Origin: Dendrobates tinctorius
Taxonomy: Eukaryota
NCBI RefSeq assembly: GCF_039654945.1
Contig: NW_027361792.1
Coordinates: 2,232,001-2,296,000 of the forward strand
Reading direction: 5' to 3'
DNA: 64,000 nucleotides
This document shows, piece by piece, positions 13,018-24,821 of the stretch (position 1 is its first letter; every line of letters begins with the position of its first letter). The position numbers were made by a program, and so were the translations under genes. The notes under the pieces were generated by a model, which did no database searches, was not told the DNA's origin, and worked only from the letters and a program-made list of their open reading frames with translations.

Positions 13018-13279
13018 AGTTTTGATTATAAACTTTCCACCGTTTTTTGTCTACAGTTCCCATGCAGATCTATGTGTCTCCATGGTTCCAGGCTACAAAC
13101 AAACCCCATGTAGGCTGATCTCATAGTCATACTTCTTGCTGATTTTTAGGAAATAGGGGACGGGAACTATAACTACAGGAGCAGACTCTACAGGGTTTGT
13201 TTGTAATTTGGAACCATGGAGACGCATAGTTCTGCATAGGAGCTGAAGACACAAAACAACAGATTTTTAATCAAGACCA
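13018..13279. mobile_element. Palindromic MITE body (T2/Kolobok-like)
   Basis: ~90-bp imperfect inverted arms (ATGTGTCTCCATGGTTCCAGGCTACAAACAAACCC / GGGTTTGTTTGTAATTTGGAACCATGGAGACGCAT). Confidence 0.6.
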
Positions 13280-13550
13280 TATGTAAAATGTTCACCCCAG
13301 GTAAAGGTGGATTCCAACCTAGATATTATTTTGAGAGATGATAATTATTAGACGGGTGTGAGTCCCACTTGAACTGTCAATGATTATCAGAATGGGGAAC
13401 CTATTGCACCCTTCTCCCCGGCAGCAAGACCACCGCAGGTAGGATACACCAATAATGATGGTTGAGAGCAGCTCTGGGTATCTTGGTGATATAGAGTTGA
13501 CTTGAGCAGCAGGATGTAAGTTCAACCTGAAGCTCCAATCAACTCTCTCA

Positions 13551-15497
13551 GCTACAGGAGAAAGGGGGACACAAGACCCCAGACTCGTGATCCTCCTAGA
13601 GACAGTCTTGTAGCCAGAGGAGAAAGGGGGACAAAAGACCCCAGACTCATGATCCTCCTGAGACAGTCTTGTAACCAGAGGAGAAAGGGAAACACAAGAC
13701 CCCAGACTCGTGATCCTCCTAGAGACGGTCATGTAACCAGAGGAGAAAGGGAAACACAAGACCCCAGACTCATGATCCTCCTAGAGACGGTCATGTAACC
13801 AGAGGAGAAAGGGAAACACAAGACCCCAAACTCATGATCCTCCTAGAGATGGTCATGTAACCAGAGGAGAAAGGGAAACACAAGACCCCAAACTCATGAT
13901 CCTCCTAGAGACGGTCATGTAACCAGAGGAGAAAGGGAAACACAAGACCCCAGACTCATGATCCTCCTGAGACAGTCTTGTAACCAGAGGAGAAAGGGAA
14001 ACACAATACCCCAGACTCGTGATCCTCCTAGAGACGGTCATGTAACCAGAGGAGAAAGGGAAACACAAGACCCTAGACTCATGATCCTCCTAGAGACGGT
14101 CTTGTAACCAGAGGAGAAAGGGAAACACAAGACCCCAGACTCATGATCCTCCTAGAGACGGTCTTGTAACCAGAGGAGAAAGGGGGACACAAGACCCCAG
14201 ACTCATGATCCTCCTAGAGACGGTCATGTAACCAGAGGAGAAAGGGGGACAGAAGACCCCAGACTCATGATCCTCCTAGAGACGGTCTTGTAACCAGAGG
14301 AGAAAGGGAAACACAAGACCCCAGACTCATGATCCTCCTAGAGACAGTCATGTAACCAGAGGAGAAAGGGAAACACAATACCCCAGACTCGTGATCCTCC
14401 TAGAGACGGTCATGTAACCAGAGGAGAAAGGGAAACACAAGACCCCAGACTCATGATCCTCCTAGAGACGGTCTTGTAACCAGAGGAGAAAGGGGGACAC
14501 AAGACCCCAGACTCATGATCCTCCTAGAGACAGTCATGTAACCAGAGGAGAAAGGGGGACAGAACACCCCAGACTCATGATCCTCCTAGAGACGGTCTTG
14601 TAACCAGAGGAGAAAGGGGGACACAAGACCCCAGACTCATGATCCTCCTAGAGACGGTCTTGTAACCAGAGGAGAAAGGGGGACACAAGACCCCAGACTC
14701 GTGATCCTCCAACAGATGGTCTTGTAACCAGATGAGAAAGGGGGACACAAGACCCCAGACTCGTGATCCTCCTAGAGACGGTCTTGTAACCAGAGGAGAA
14801 AGGGGGACACAAGACCCCAGACTCATGATCCTCCTAGAGACGGTCTTGTAACCAGAGGAGAAAGGGGGACACTAGACCCCAGACTCATGATCCTCCTAGA
14901 GACAGTCTTGTAACCAGATGAGAAAGGGGGACACAAGACCCCAGACTCATGATCCTCCTAGAGACGGTCTTGTAACCAGATGAGAAAGGGGGACACAAGA
15001 CCCCAGACTCATGATCCTCCTAAAGACGGTCTTGTAACCAGAGGAGAAAGGGGGACACAAGACCCCAGACTCATGATCCTCCTAGAGACGGTCATGTAAC
15101 CAGAGGAGAAAGGGAAACACAAGACCCCAGACTCATGATCCTCCTAGAGACGGTCTTGTAACCAGAGGAGAAAGGGGGACACAAGACCCCAGACTCATGA
15201 TCCTCCTAGAGACGGTCTTGTAACCAGATGAGAAAGGGGGACACAAGACCCCAGACTCATGATCCTCCTAGAGACGGTCTTGTAACCAGAGGAGAAAGGG
15301 GGACACAAGACCCCAGACTCATGATCCTCCTAGAGACGGTCTTGTAACCAGATGAGAAAGGGGGACACAAGACCCCAGACTCATGATCCTCCTAGAGACG
15401 GTCTTGTAACCAGAGGAGAAAGGGGGACACAAGACCCCAGACTCATGATCCTCCTAGAGACGGTCATGTAACCAGAGGAGAAAGGGGGATACAAGTC
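13551..15497. repeat. Minisatellite, 62-bp unit, ~31 copies
   Basis: Unit GTAACCAGAGGAGAAAGGGGGACACAAGACCCCAGACTCATGATCCTCCTAGAGACGGTCTT. Confidence 0.97.
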
Positions 15498-16135
15498 CCT
15501 GATCTTGTTATTGGTGGTGGTCCCAATGATGTGGCCCACAGCTATCTAAAAATAATCACCAATACAATGAATAATCATTGCACGGCACAACGCCAATCAG
15601 CAGAATGAGACCATAGAGGGCATCAAGCCTGGCAGAAGTAGCCCGTGTGCACATAAAGAGGCCATATTTGTCACCCATGTGCCATCTCACTATTCCTTGC
15701 CAGAAAAATAAAGGATCCCTTTAGAGATGAGTGGGAAAATGTGAGCTCTACCTAAATGAGACAAAATCCACAAGAATGTGCCCAGTAATAAGACGAGCTG
15801 CTCCCGTCACTCCAGCAGCAAACGTGCAACACGCGAGCGATGCAGCAGAGCCCATTCTGTGAGGCAGCAGCACTGTCATTTCTACAGCGGCTGTCATCTG
15901 TAATTGTGATCCTTGATTCACTACCAGCGACAGCTTCCAAGCCGTAATACAGATTCCAAGGAGCAGAATGAATAATTAGTGACAACCGCAAGCACATTAT
16001 ATCATTAGATTTAGTTCCTGTCACAGCGGGACATCGGCTTCCTCTTAAATCCAACTCGCTGCAACCACAGATAGCGAAAAAGTTCAGAATGAAGGACGCT
16101 AAACTGTAGAGACAGCAGAGCTGAGAAGGTGCAAA

Positions 16136-16496
16136 CTATCTATCTATATATTATCTAGACCAGGGTTCCCCAACTCCAGTCCTCAAGGCCCACCAACGGG
16201 TCATGTTTTCAGGATTTCCTTTGTATTGTACAGGTGAAGCAATTATCACCTGAGCAATACTAAGGAAATCCTGAAAACATGACCCGTTGGTGGGCCTTGA
16301 GGACTGGAGTTGGGGAACCCTGGTCTAGACTGTCTATCTATCATCTATCTATCTATATCTCTATTATCTATCTGTCTATTATCTATCTATCTATTATCTT
16401 TCTATCTATTATCTATCCGTCTATTATCTATCCGTCTACCTGTCTATCATCTATCTATTTATCTGTCATCTCTTATCCATGCATTATCTCTCTATC
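16136..16496. repeat. Degenerate (TCTA)n/GATA microsatellite interrupted by a MITE
   Basis: TCTA/TATC runs on both sides of 16161-16322. Confidence 0.85.
16161..16322. mobile_element. hAT-type MITE (162 bp), almost fully palindromic
   Basis: CAGGGTTCCCCAACTCC...GGAGTTGGGGAACCCTG with ~60-bp perfect arms. 8-bp TSD ATCTAGAC/GTCTAGAC (7/8), fitting the NTCTAGAN hAT-Charlie target. Confidence 0.92.
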
Positions 16497-16597
16497 CTTG
16501 TAAAGTTGGATAAGTCACCCAGTTGTTGGTGTCTTTGCAGATACACAAAGCTGAACCTTTAACTTAGAATTGAAGGTAAAGTCTTACAGGGTTCTGT

Positions 16598-16952
16598 GGC
16601 TATATTCACACTGCATTTTAGGCTTCTGTCAGAGTCTCCGTGAGTGCCTATGTTTGAAGCCCTGGGAAACGGGATTCGGACATTTGCGCTGACGTGGACT
16701 TGAATGGTGCAGACGGAGTCATATTGTGCCCCGTCGGACATCACTTTCGGAATTATTTGCCTGTTTGAAGCCGGCACCAAATAGGCAAATGATGCCTTAA
16801 AGGATGTCCGACAGGGCACGATATGACTCCGTCTGCACCATTCAAGTCAATTTGCCCCGTCAGTGCAAACATCTGATTCCTGTTTTCCCGGGCTTCAGAC
16901 GTAAGCACCGATGGACCGGCTGTCGGGCCTAAAACGCAATGTGAACAGAGCC
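16598..16952. mobile_element. PIF/Harbinger-type MITE
   Basis: TIR GGCTATATTCACACTGCATTTTAGGC / GCCTAAAACGCAATGTGAACAGAGCC followed by TAA; internal palindrome. Confidence 0.75.
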
Positions 16953-17840
16953 TAACGCATTTTACTTCGCACATTGCAGCAAACTTTTAGGAAATGGAAA
17001 ACTTGTGCTGCTGATGCGTTTAGCTCACAGAGGATTGTCTAGACTGGACACAATTGTAGCAAGTTCTCAGCTGTGAAAAGCGTGGGGTCAGTGCCATACC
17101 ACTTATTACTTTCTTGTTGTTGTTGCTTCTTGGAAGCAGCGATAATCAGAGCCCGAATTTCAGCCTAATAAACGTGAGTTTTTGTGGAGGGGGGGACATC
17201 ACGTGCCATTTAGCAGCCCCAGATTGGCTGCAGCCTCAACATTCTGCCTGGTCTCTTCCGGCTTGAATGGCACATGACCGCTTCAGCCAATCACTGGCCG
17301 CTGATTGGCTGCAATGGTCACATGACACCCCTCATCGGGAGAGGAAGCAAAGAGATGGCTGGAGGACACGGCCAGTGATGCAGAGGGAGGGTTCATTAAG
17401 GGTCTGGGGTTTTTGTGACCACCTTGGACATATTTTTACTATAAAATACGGTATTGGACAAACCCCTTTCATAGGCTATTTTATGAAGCCAGTCCCTTTC
17501 ACACTAGTGCACACCAATGTTGTATGCACTGCCCCCCATTTAGGATACCCATATAATCAAGAGACCCTTATATAAAAAGCAGCACAGGGGCCTCGCTCCT
17601 TGACCCCCAGTAATCAAGACTGGAGCCCTGCTGTCACCTTTCTATGACCGTCATCCCCCCCAGTGCCGGCGCCTCATCACCATGATGTAATATAAATGAG
17701 ACGCCCTCCGACCATTCCTTCATTATCTTCCCTATGTAATGCTCCGCGGGGTCGATCCTCTGACACACCGTCTGCATGCACGGTCTGGATGAATCTGCGA
17801 GGTGTCCTGTGAGTCACGGATGCATCGAAAGCCATGCTGA

Positions 17841-19148
17841 TGTGGCGCCCCTGAGGGTTCAGTCACCACAGAGGTACTGCACCTCCTCCTGAGGTGTGGT
17901 GCCCCACCATCCAGGTAGGTTGGAGGCTCCTAACCACGCTCCAACACTCGCATCCCACACAACACAGTAGTTCAGCAAAGCCACATTGCGGCTCCCTGCT
18001 TGGAGTGTAGCAGAGCACCTTTGGTGGCTCCCTGCTTGGAACACGAAACGTGCTGGGAGGTGGGTGGAGTTAGAATACATAAAAGAGCGGGAAGGTTTAG
18101 GATTTCAGTCAGAGAGAGAGGAATGAGGAGAGAAGATCCCTGGGAGAGGGATGGAGGAAGGAGATTCTGCAGCAGATCTCGGTGACCTGGGTCTGCTGGC
18201 ACGGGAAAGGAAAGAAGGAGAAAGACTTTGAACAGAAACCTGATCTTCCATAAGAAAGAAAGACTAGTACGGAACGTAGGAGTAAAAGGGAACAGAGGAC
18301 GTGGGTTAGGAGAGAACCCTGCCTAGAAGTTCTAAGCGCAAGGCCGGGGCCCGGTCCCCGAGGTTATATGGACACTAATGGTCCTGCAGCAGACACCGGT
18401 GGAGTAGTGGGCTGTAAATGCACTACTCCCATCTAAGACTTGGGGGCACAACAGCAACTTGGATAGTGAGCCGGGACTCAGGAGTAAGGAGTCCCCGAAG
18501 CAGGCTACAGCTGTCTGCCGTACAAGTAGAGTTCTTGGGAACATCTGTCAGGAGGCACTCCAGTGTAACTCAGTACTGGGAGTACTTCACACCAAAGGCG
18601 CTATAAGAGGAGACGTTCAGAAAGGCACATGTTGGCGGAGCGTTGGAAGGGAGCATTCCATCTGGCCTGGAGGTTGACTGAGTCCCTGACCCGGAGGACA
18701 TGGCACGGAGGCAGGCACCTGTGTGTACTACAGACTGTGAGTAAAGCTTTGGAACTACAAGCCCTGGTGTCCTCCATTCATTCCCGCGCCAACACACCCA
18801 GCACTGCTACATCTGGGTGCCAGCTTCTACACCGCTTGTGCCTCTCCTCTACCCCTACATCTACACTGCCCTGGGGCTACAGCTCCACCTGTTGGGAGCT
18901 TCACCATCTAGGTTGCAACACACCACCAGTCCCAGGGGATCTGCACGCAGCGTCTGCTCAACATCTCACTTGCCGAACACCACAGGTGGCGTCAGGAGCT
19001 ATTCATCAATTCTATTTCATTGTTCTTTCACCCCCTTTTTGCCATGGAGCACCAGGGCCACGGACCGAGTCACAGCTTCCATGACAACTCCCACTGAGAT
19101 CAACGGGCTCGGTGCCGAGTACCCCGATAGCCCTGGCTGGGCGCTTCA
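17841..19148 (+). mobile_element. Long solo LTR (1308 bp), gypsy-like
   Basis: TGTGGCGCCC...GGGCGCTTCA termini and perfect 4-bp TSD CTGA (17837-17840, 19149-19152). Orientation inferred only from CATAAAA at ~18078 and AGTAAA at ~18740. Confidence 0.82.
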
Positions 19149-21551
19149 CTGATCCTATAGGGGCCCCTCTGCCTGTCCCTATAAGTACAGTGAGGTCACT
19201 ACACCGGCCCCTCCTGGCCACGCTGCACGACCCCCATGTCATTCACTGCTGATATACCAGTGATCACTTCATGATTGATGGAGCAATGTATGAACTTGCA
19301 CAAGGTTGCAGGCGGCGCAGGTGCAGCTCAGGTCAGTGTCTCATCTGTCATTGGTTGGAAACTAAGTTGCCAAACCGATGTTTTCTTTTTCTTGATAATT
19401 TATCCCAAAAGTGACAGCTATAGCCCATCTGACCCACTTTCACAATCCAGAGCCCCAATCTGAAGGCATCAGACGATAACCATTACTCCGGACGATATGT
19501 ACTGGATACTTCCCTGCACAGATTTCTCCAGCTTTGTACTAATATGGCCGGGATCACACAAGCGAGAAACTCAGACGAGTCTCGCACCTTAATCCCCGGC
19601 ACTGCCGCCGGCACTCGGATGGGAGCATTCAGCTGCATGTATTTCTATTTCTAACCCTAATCCATGAATTTACAGACAGTTACCAGCCCTCAAATGTCAG
19701 GAGGCAGATGCTAGAAATGGTGCATGTACTGACGCCCTTAAAGTAAAGTCTATTATGATGCATCAGGCAGCACGGGTCTTGGGTCTGGAAGCCCGCACAC
19801 CCACCGATCAGCAGTTTTCAGGTCCCAAGGCAGCTGGATGTAGACAGTGTACACAGCCGAAACGGTAAAGCTCCATACACCGCATAGTGGCCATTCTCAG
19901 TACTGCAGCTCACCTCCTATTGAAGTGAATGCGATGTGATCTGCAGTACTGAGGAAGGCCACTATGTGGTGTATGGAGCTGTGCTGTCATACATCCTGCA
20001 GTTGCGGAAGTTGCCAGGTGTCGGACCACACCAATCTGATATAGGTACGTGCACCTATTTCGAGAACAGGAGCCTCATCTTGAGTCAAGAGGTAACAGAG
20101 CATGCGCTATTCTCTCCATTCACTTCTATGGGTTGCACATTTTGTTGTGTGCAACTAACAGAACTCAGGGAAGATGCATGGAGGTCTGCTCTGCTCCCCC
20201 TGTGCTGAAAACAGAGACACCGCGCATGTAATGTGAACAGATGTTAACGAGAGGACGAACTGCAGAAGCTCGAGGTTTCCAATCCTTGTGGATTTGCTGT
20301 GGATTTTGTTCGGGAGATTTCTGCGCCTCTTCTGTCCCATTCATCGGACACAACTTTATTAAGAGTAATCGAACCGACTGTACGTTGTAGAAAATTCTGC
20401 CTCACAAAATTACTGTAAAAGCGCATTACTACAGTTTCTTCTCTGTAGCAGATCTCACGGCATGCTGGGAGTTGTAGTTCTCCACCGGGCAGAGAGCCAT
20501 AGGCTGTCCACTGTACGGTCTCCCTCAGCAGGTCTTATGCGATTATTAATGTGGGAAATCCATCCACCCCTTGGTAACCTGGGGGATTGTGGAAGGCATC
20601 GTTGTCAGACATAATATAACGTAATAGGAATGTGACTCCATCCTCATCATCACTCCGCACTGCACCGTGTAATATTACAGCGCCTAGCAGCAATGACGGC
20701 TACCGTACCGTGCCCCCCGAGCAACGCCGTACAGATGTAGCAGAGCCGAGATTGTCATTTAAAGGGAATGACCCACCAAAGTATTCATCGCTTATCTACA
20801 AGATCGGTGCGGATTATATGGCTGCTGCGGAGCCGCCAATCACTGGAGCCCCATTGTGGAGGAAAGTAAACGGTGTGGGGGTCACACATGCACAATACTC
20901 CCGAATGGAGGGTCCCACGGTGATCACACAAGCACAGTGTCAGTCCCATAGACACTGAGCGGGGTGACCACTGCTTCACTCACTCCCTTCTGGATAAGAC
21001 CCCTATTCTGGTCATTAGTGGGGCTTCCAGCGGTCATGTAATCCTCACCTAATAATGCTGGGAAGCCCTTAATCACTAGAACACTTTCCGGCACATGCTC
21101 AAGCTTCCACTCCATTGTATGTCAGCCCCCTGGACACTGAACGGAGCGGTATTGCATTTGGGACCCCCACTTCATTCACTCGCCTTCAATGAGGGGGCTT
21201 AGGACCCCTGTTCTAGTGACTGGTGGGGCTTCCAGTGATCATGCAGTTAGGCCCTACTGCTGGGGGTCCGGAGCATAACTGCACACCATAGCTCCATCCT
21301 ACGATGCTGCAGGTACCGCGCTCTCCCCCAGCACTGGACTCAGCCCCCGGCCTCACTTATCACATTCCCATTCTGACATTTTGGGACTCCCTACTAAGTA
21401 TTTTTCAAGCCTACAGGTTACAAGGGGGTTAGCCACATTAATAACCTTATATCGGACGGGTGACACCTGCTTCTTTTTATCCCCTTGTGGATCTTGACAA
21501 CCAACTGATTTGCAGAATTCAAAGACAAGACCAAATATTCCCACATGGCGA

Positions 21552-23202
21552 CCTCAGCTCTGCTACATCTCCACCTAGCAGCAGCTCTGCTACATCTCCA
21601 CCTAACAGCAGCTCTGCGACATCTCCACCTAACAGCAGCTCTGCGACATCTCCACCTAACAGCAGCTCTGCGACATCTCCACCTAACAGCAGCTCTGCTA
21701 CATCTCCACCTAACAGCAGCTCTGCTACATCTCCACCTAACAGCAGCTCTGCGACATCTCCACCTAACAGCAGCTCTGCTACATCTCCACCTAACAGCAG
21801 CTCTGCTACATCTCCACCTAACAGCAGCTCTGCGACATCTCCACCTAACAGCAGCTCTGCTACATCTCCACCTAACAGCAGCTCTGCTACATCTCCACCT
21901 AACAGCAGCTCTGCGACATCTCCACCTAACAGCAGCTCTGCGACATCTCCACCTAACAGCAGCTCTGCTACATCTCCACCTAACAGCAGCTCTGCTACAT
22001 CTCCACCTAACAGCAGCACTGCTACATCTCCACCTAACAGCAGCTCTGCTACATCTCCACCTAACAGCAGCTCTGCTACATCTCCACCTAACAGCAGCTC
22101 TGCGACATCTCCACCTAACAGCAGCTCTGCTACATCTCCACCTAACAGCAGCTCTGCTACATCTCCACCTAACAGCAGCTCTGCGACATCTCCACCTAAC
22201 AGCAGCACTGCTACATCTCCACCTAACAGCAGCTCTGCTACATCTCCACCTAACAGCAGCACTGCTACATGTCCACCTAACAGCAGCTCTGCTACATCTC
22301 CACCTAACAGCAGCACTGCTACATCTCCACCTAACAGCAGCTCTGCGACATCTCCACCTAACAGCAGCTCTGCTACATCTCCACCTAACAGCAGCTCTGC
22401 TACATCTCCACCTAACAGCAGCTCTGCTACATCTCCACCTAACAGCAGCACTGCTACATGTCCACCTAACAGCAGCTCTGCTACATGTCCACCTAACAGC
22501 AGCACTGCTACATGTCCACCTAACAGCAGCACTGCTACATCTCCACCTAACAGCAGCACTGCTACATCTCCACCTAACAGCAGCACTGCTACATCTCCAC
22601 CTAACAGCAGCTCTGCTACATCTCCACCTAACAGCAGCTCTGCTACATCTCCACCTAACAGCAGCTCTGCTACATCTCCACCTAACAGCAGCTCTGCTAC
22701 ATCTCCACCTAACAGCAGCACTGCTACATCTCCACCTAACAGCAGCTCTGCTACATCTCCACCTAACAGCAGCTCTGCTACTTCACCACCTAACAGCAGC
22801 TCTGCTACATCTCCACCTAACAGCTGCCCTGCTACATCTCCACCTAACAGCAGCACTGCTACATCTCCACCTAACAGCAGCACTGCTACATCTCCACCTA
22901 ACAGCAGCTCTGCTACATCTCCACCTAACAGCAGCACTGCTACATCTCCACCTAACAGCAGCACTGCTACATCTCCACCTAACAGCAGCTCTGCTACATC
23001 TCCACCTAACAGCAGCTCTGCTACATCTCCACCTAACAGTAGCTCTGCTACATCTCCACCTAACAGCAGCACTGCTACATCTCCACCTAACAGCAGCACT
23101 GCTACATCTCCACCTAACAGCAGCTCTGCTACATCTCCACCTAACAGCAGCACTGCTACATCTCCACCTAACAGCAGCTCTGCTACATCTCCACCTAACA
23201 GC
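21552..23202. repeat. Minisatellite, 27-bp unit, ~61 copies, in creb3l1 intron 1
   Basis: Unit CAGCAGCTCTGCTACATCTCCACCTAA. Confidence 0.97.
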
Positions 23203-23752
23203 CGATGCAGTGTTAGAAAAGGATTTGCTCTCCGTTCTCCGGTCAGATTTATTTATTTCTGATCCAGAGTAACAGAAATATAATGTTTCGTTACCGGATG
23301 CTTTTATGTTACCCTCCCCCCCAAAAAAGAGGATCCATCCCGTCGGACAGTTATCTTTTGAGAAGGACCTGCAAAAAAAAATGTGATTTGCACAACTTTT
23401 TTTCTGTCCCCAAAAATGGAAAGCAAATGGGGATTTGGGGTTTTTACGGTTAAAGTCCCGTGGACGCGGGTCATAGTGGACGCTCATCTGTTAGGGTCGT
23501 CCATTGATGGATCCGTTTTTAGCAGTGAGCGCGAGAGGGGCGTCGAGAATAAAAACGGATCCATCGACCGGAACAATCCGGGAAACCAAATCATTTGCTT
23601 TAAACGTTGGTTTCCGATTGCACCGTTTTTTTTCTACTGGATCCGTTACTAACGGACGTTTACGGTTTCCAGTATCGGGATGGCTGGGACTTGTGGTCCT
23701 CAGGGGATGGAAGTAGATCAATGATTATCCAACATGCCGGCATTTCTCTTAC

Positions 23753-23845
23753 CACATTGCTCATAAAGTCAGCCTCCGTCAAGTCCTCCAGCTCCAGGAA
23801 GGGGCTGTGGAAGCTCCGCTCTTGGGTCACGGTGACCCCCTCCAT
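23753..23845 (-). CDS. creb3l1: First coding exon (31 codons) of CREB3-like 1 / OASIS, ER-membrane bZIP transcription factor
   Basis: ACCACCATGG Kozak start. Translation MEGVTVTQERSFHSPFLELEDLTEADFMSNV resembles my recollection of the human CREB3L1 N-terminus (..[21 protein letters not shown]). A phase-0 GTAAGA donor follows at 23752-23747. Later exons not seen in the window. Confidence 0.85.
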
Positions 23846-24660
23846 GGTGGTCGCAGCGTCCCCTCGTCAGGTGTCACCGGCCGCCATCCATGAGGACGGA
23901 TCAGTCACAGGTGGCTGGATGGGAAGAAGGAGCAATGGAGCAGCAGCACACTGCAGAGGGATGCCAGGAGGGGGAGAGGTGCAATCCAAAGAGTGGAGGT
24001 CAAAAATACGAGAGAGGGGGTGCAAACTAATGCAAAAGGATCTGCAAGCTATGGGGGGGGCAATGAGGTGCAGGGTCAGAGACCACAGCAATGGAGGAAA
24101 TAGTGATGGCAGAAAATGGGGGCACTGTGCTGCAAAAATGGCAAGAGCTGGGGTGCCAGGGGGCAGGATGGGGTGCCGGGATGCCCGGGCTGGAGTGGGG
24201 GGCAGGCTCCAGGGTCAGTAGGGCTCAGCAGGCCCTGTTTCCTCCCAGTGCATGGTGCTCCCCTCGGGGAGAGAGTCTCCCGTCCTCCTGGTGGCTCTGC
24301 CCGGGGATTGTGCAGTCCTGAGCCTGTGTCTCCCGGTGACTTCTCCGCAGCTGTCAGCGGCAGCCGGAGCCGACAACCAGCGACACGCCCCCTTCATGAA
24401 TATTCCAAACGTAGCATCTAAACCACGCCCACTGTGCAGGGTCAGCGGAAGGCGAAAAACCACGCCCTCAAAGAGGCGGTGCCCAGTGGTTATGGAAGCC
24501 ACGCCTCCCGCAGAGTCACGTGATGGCGGGAAGTAGAGCCGCGGACGGTGAGCAGCCGGGGATAAAGCCGCGGGGCTGAAGGGGCCGAGAACCAAGCGAC
24601 CATTACCTCATGTCCTGCTGCCTGGGCGGGAGACTACGAGCGGATCCGCAGCGAAAACGC
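23846..24660 (-). promoter_or_regulatory. GC/CpG-rich 5' leader and proximal promoter of creb3l1
   Basis: Non-repetitive CpG-rich DNA with repeated CCACGCC(C/T) KLF/SP boxes (24423, 24459, 24499), E-box GTCACGTGA (24515-24523) and TGGCGGGAAG. Exact TSS not determinable. Confidence 0.65.
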
Positions 24661-24821
24661 TCTGGCTGTGTGCACACAGAGGGGTTTTTAGGTGGAGCCG
24701 GATCTCTGTGTGCACAGACTGCAGCCCTCCCTGGGAGGACTGTCCTACTCTGGGTCTGTCTGTGGAGAGAGATACATTTACTGACGTTTTTATCTTCCAC
24801 CATGGTTCGGGGGAGGGAGGA

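Noticed and set aside
13551-15497. CRISPR-like array
   Set aside because: No unique spacers, no cas genes, eukaryotic context; same applies to all other arrays.
20460-20481. ZNF143/Staf motif ACTACAACTCCCAGCATG (also ~28206)
   Set aside because: Sits in short MITE-like remnants away from any promoter; not supportable as regulatory.
21460-23272. 600-aa mucin-like S/T/P ORF and overlapping ORFs
   Set aside because: Translation of a 27-bp minisatellite open in several frames on both strands; no signal peptide; lies in creb3l1 intron 1.
5178-23752. creb3l1 exon 2 (expected FSSFFDDP / AEHSYSL-like motifs)
   Set aside because: Not found by eye on the minus strand; presumed left of the window, but a TBLASTN is needed to be sure.
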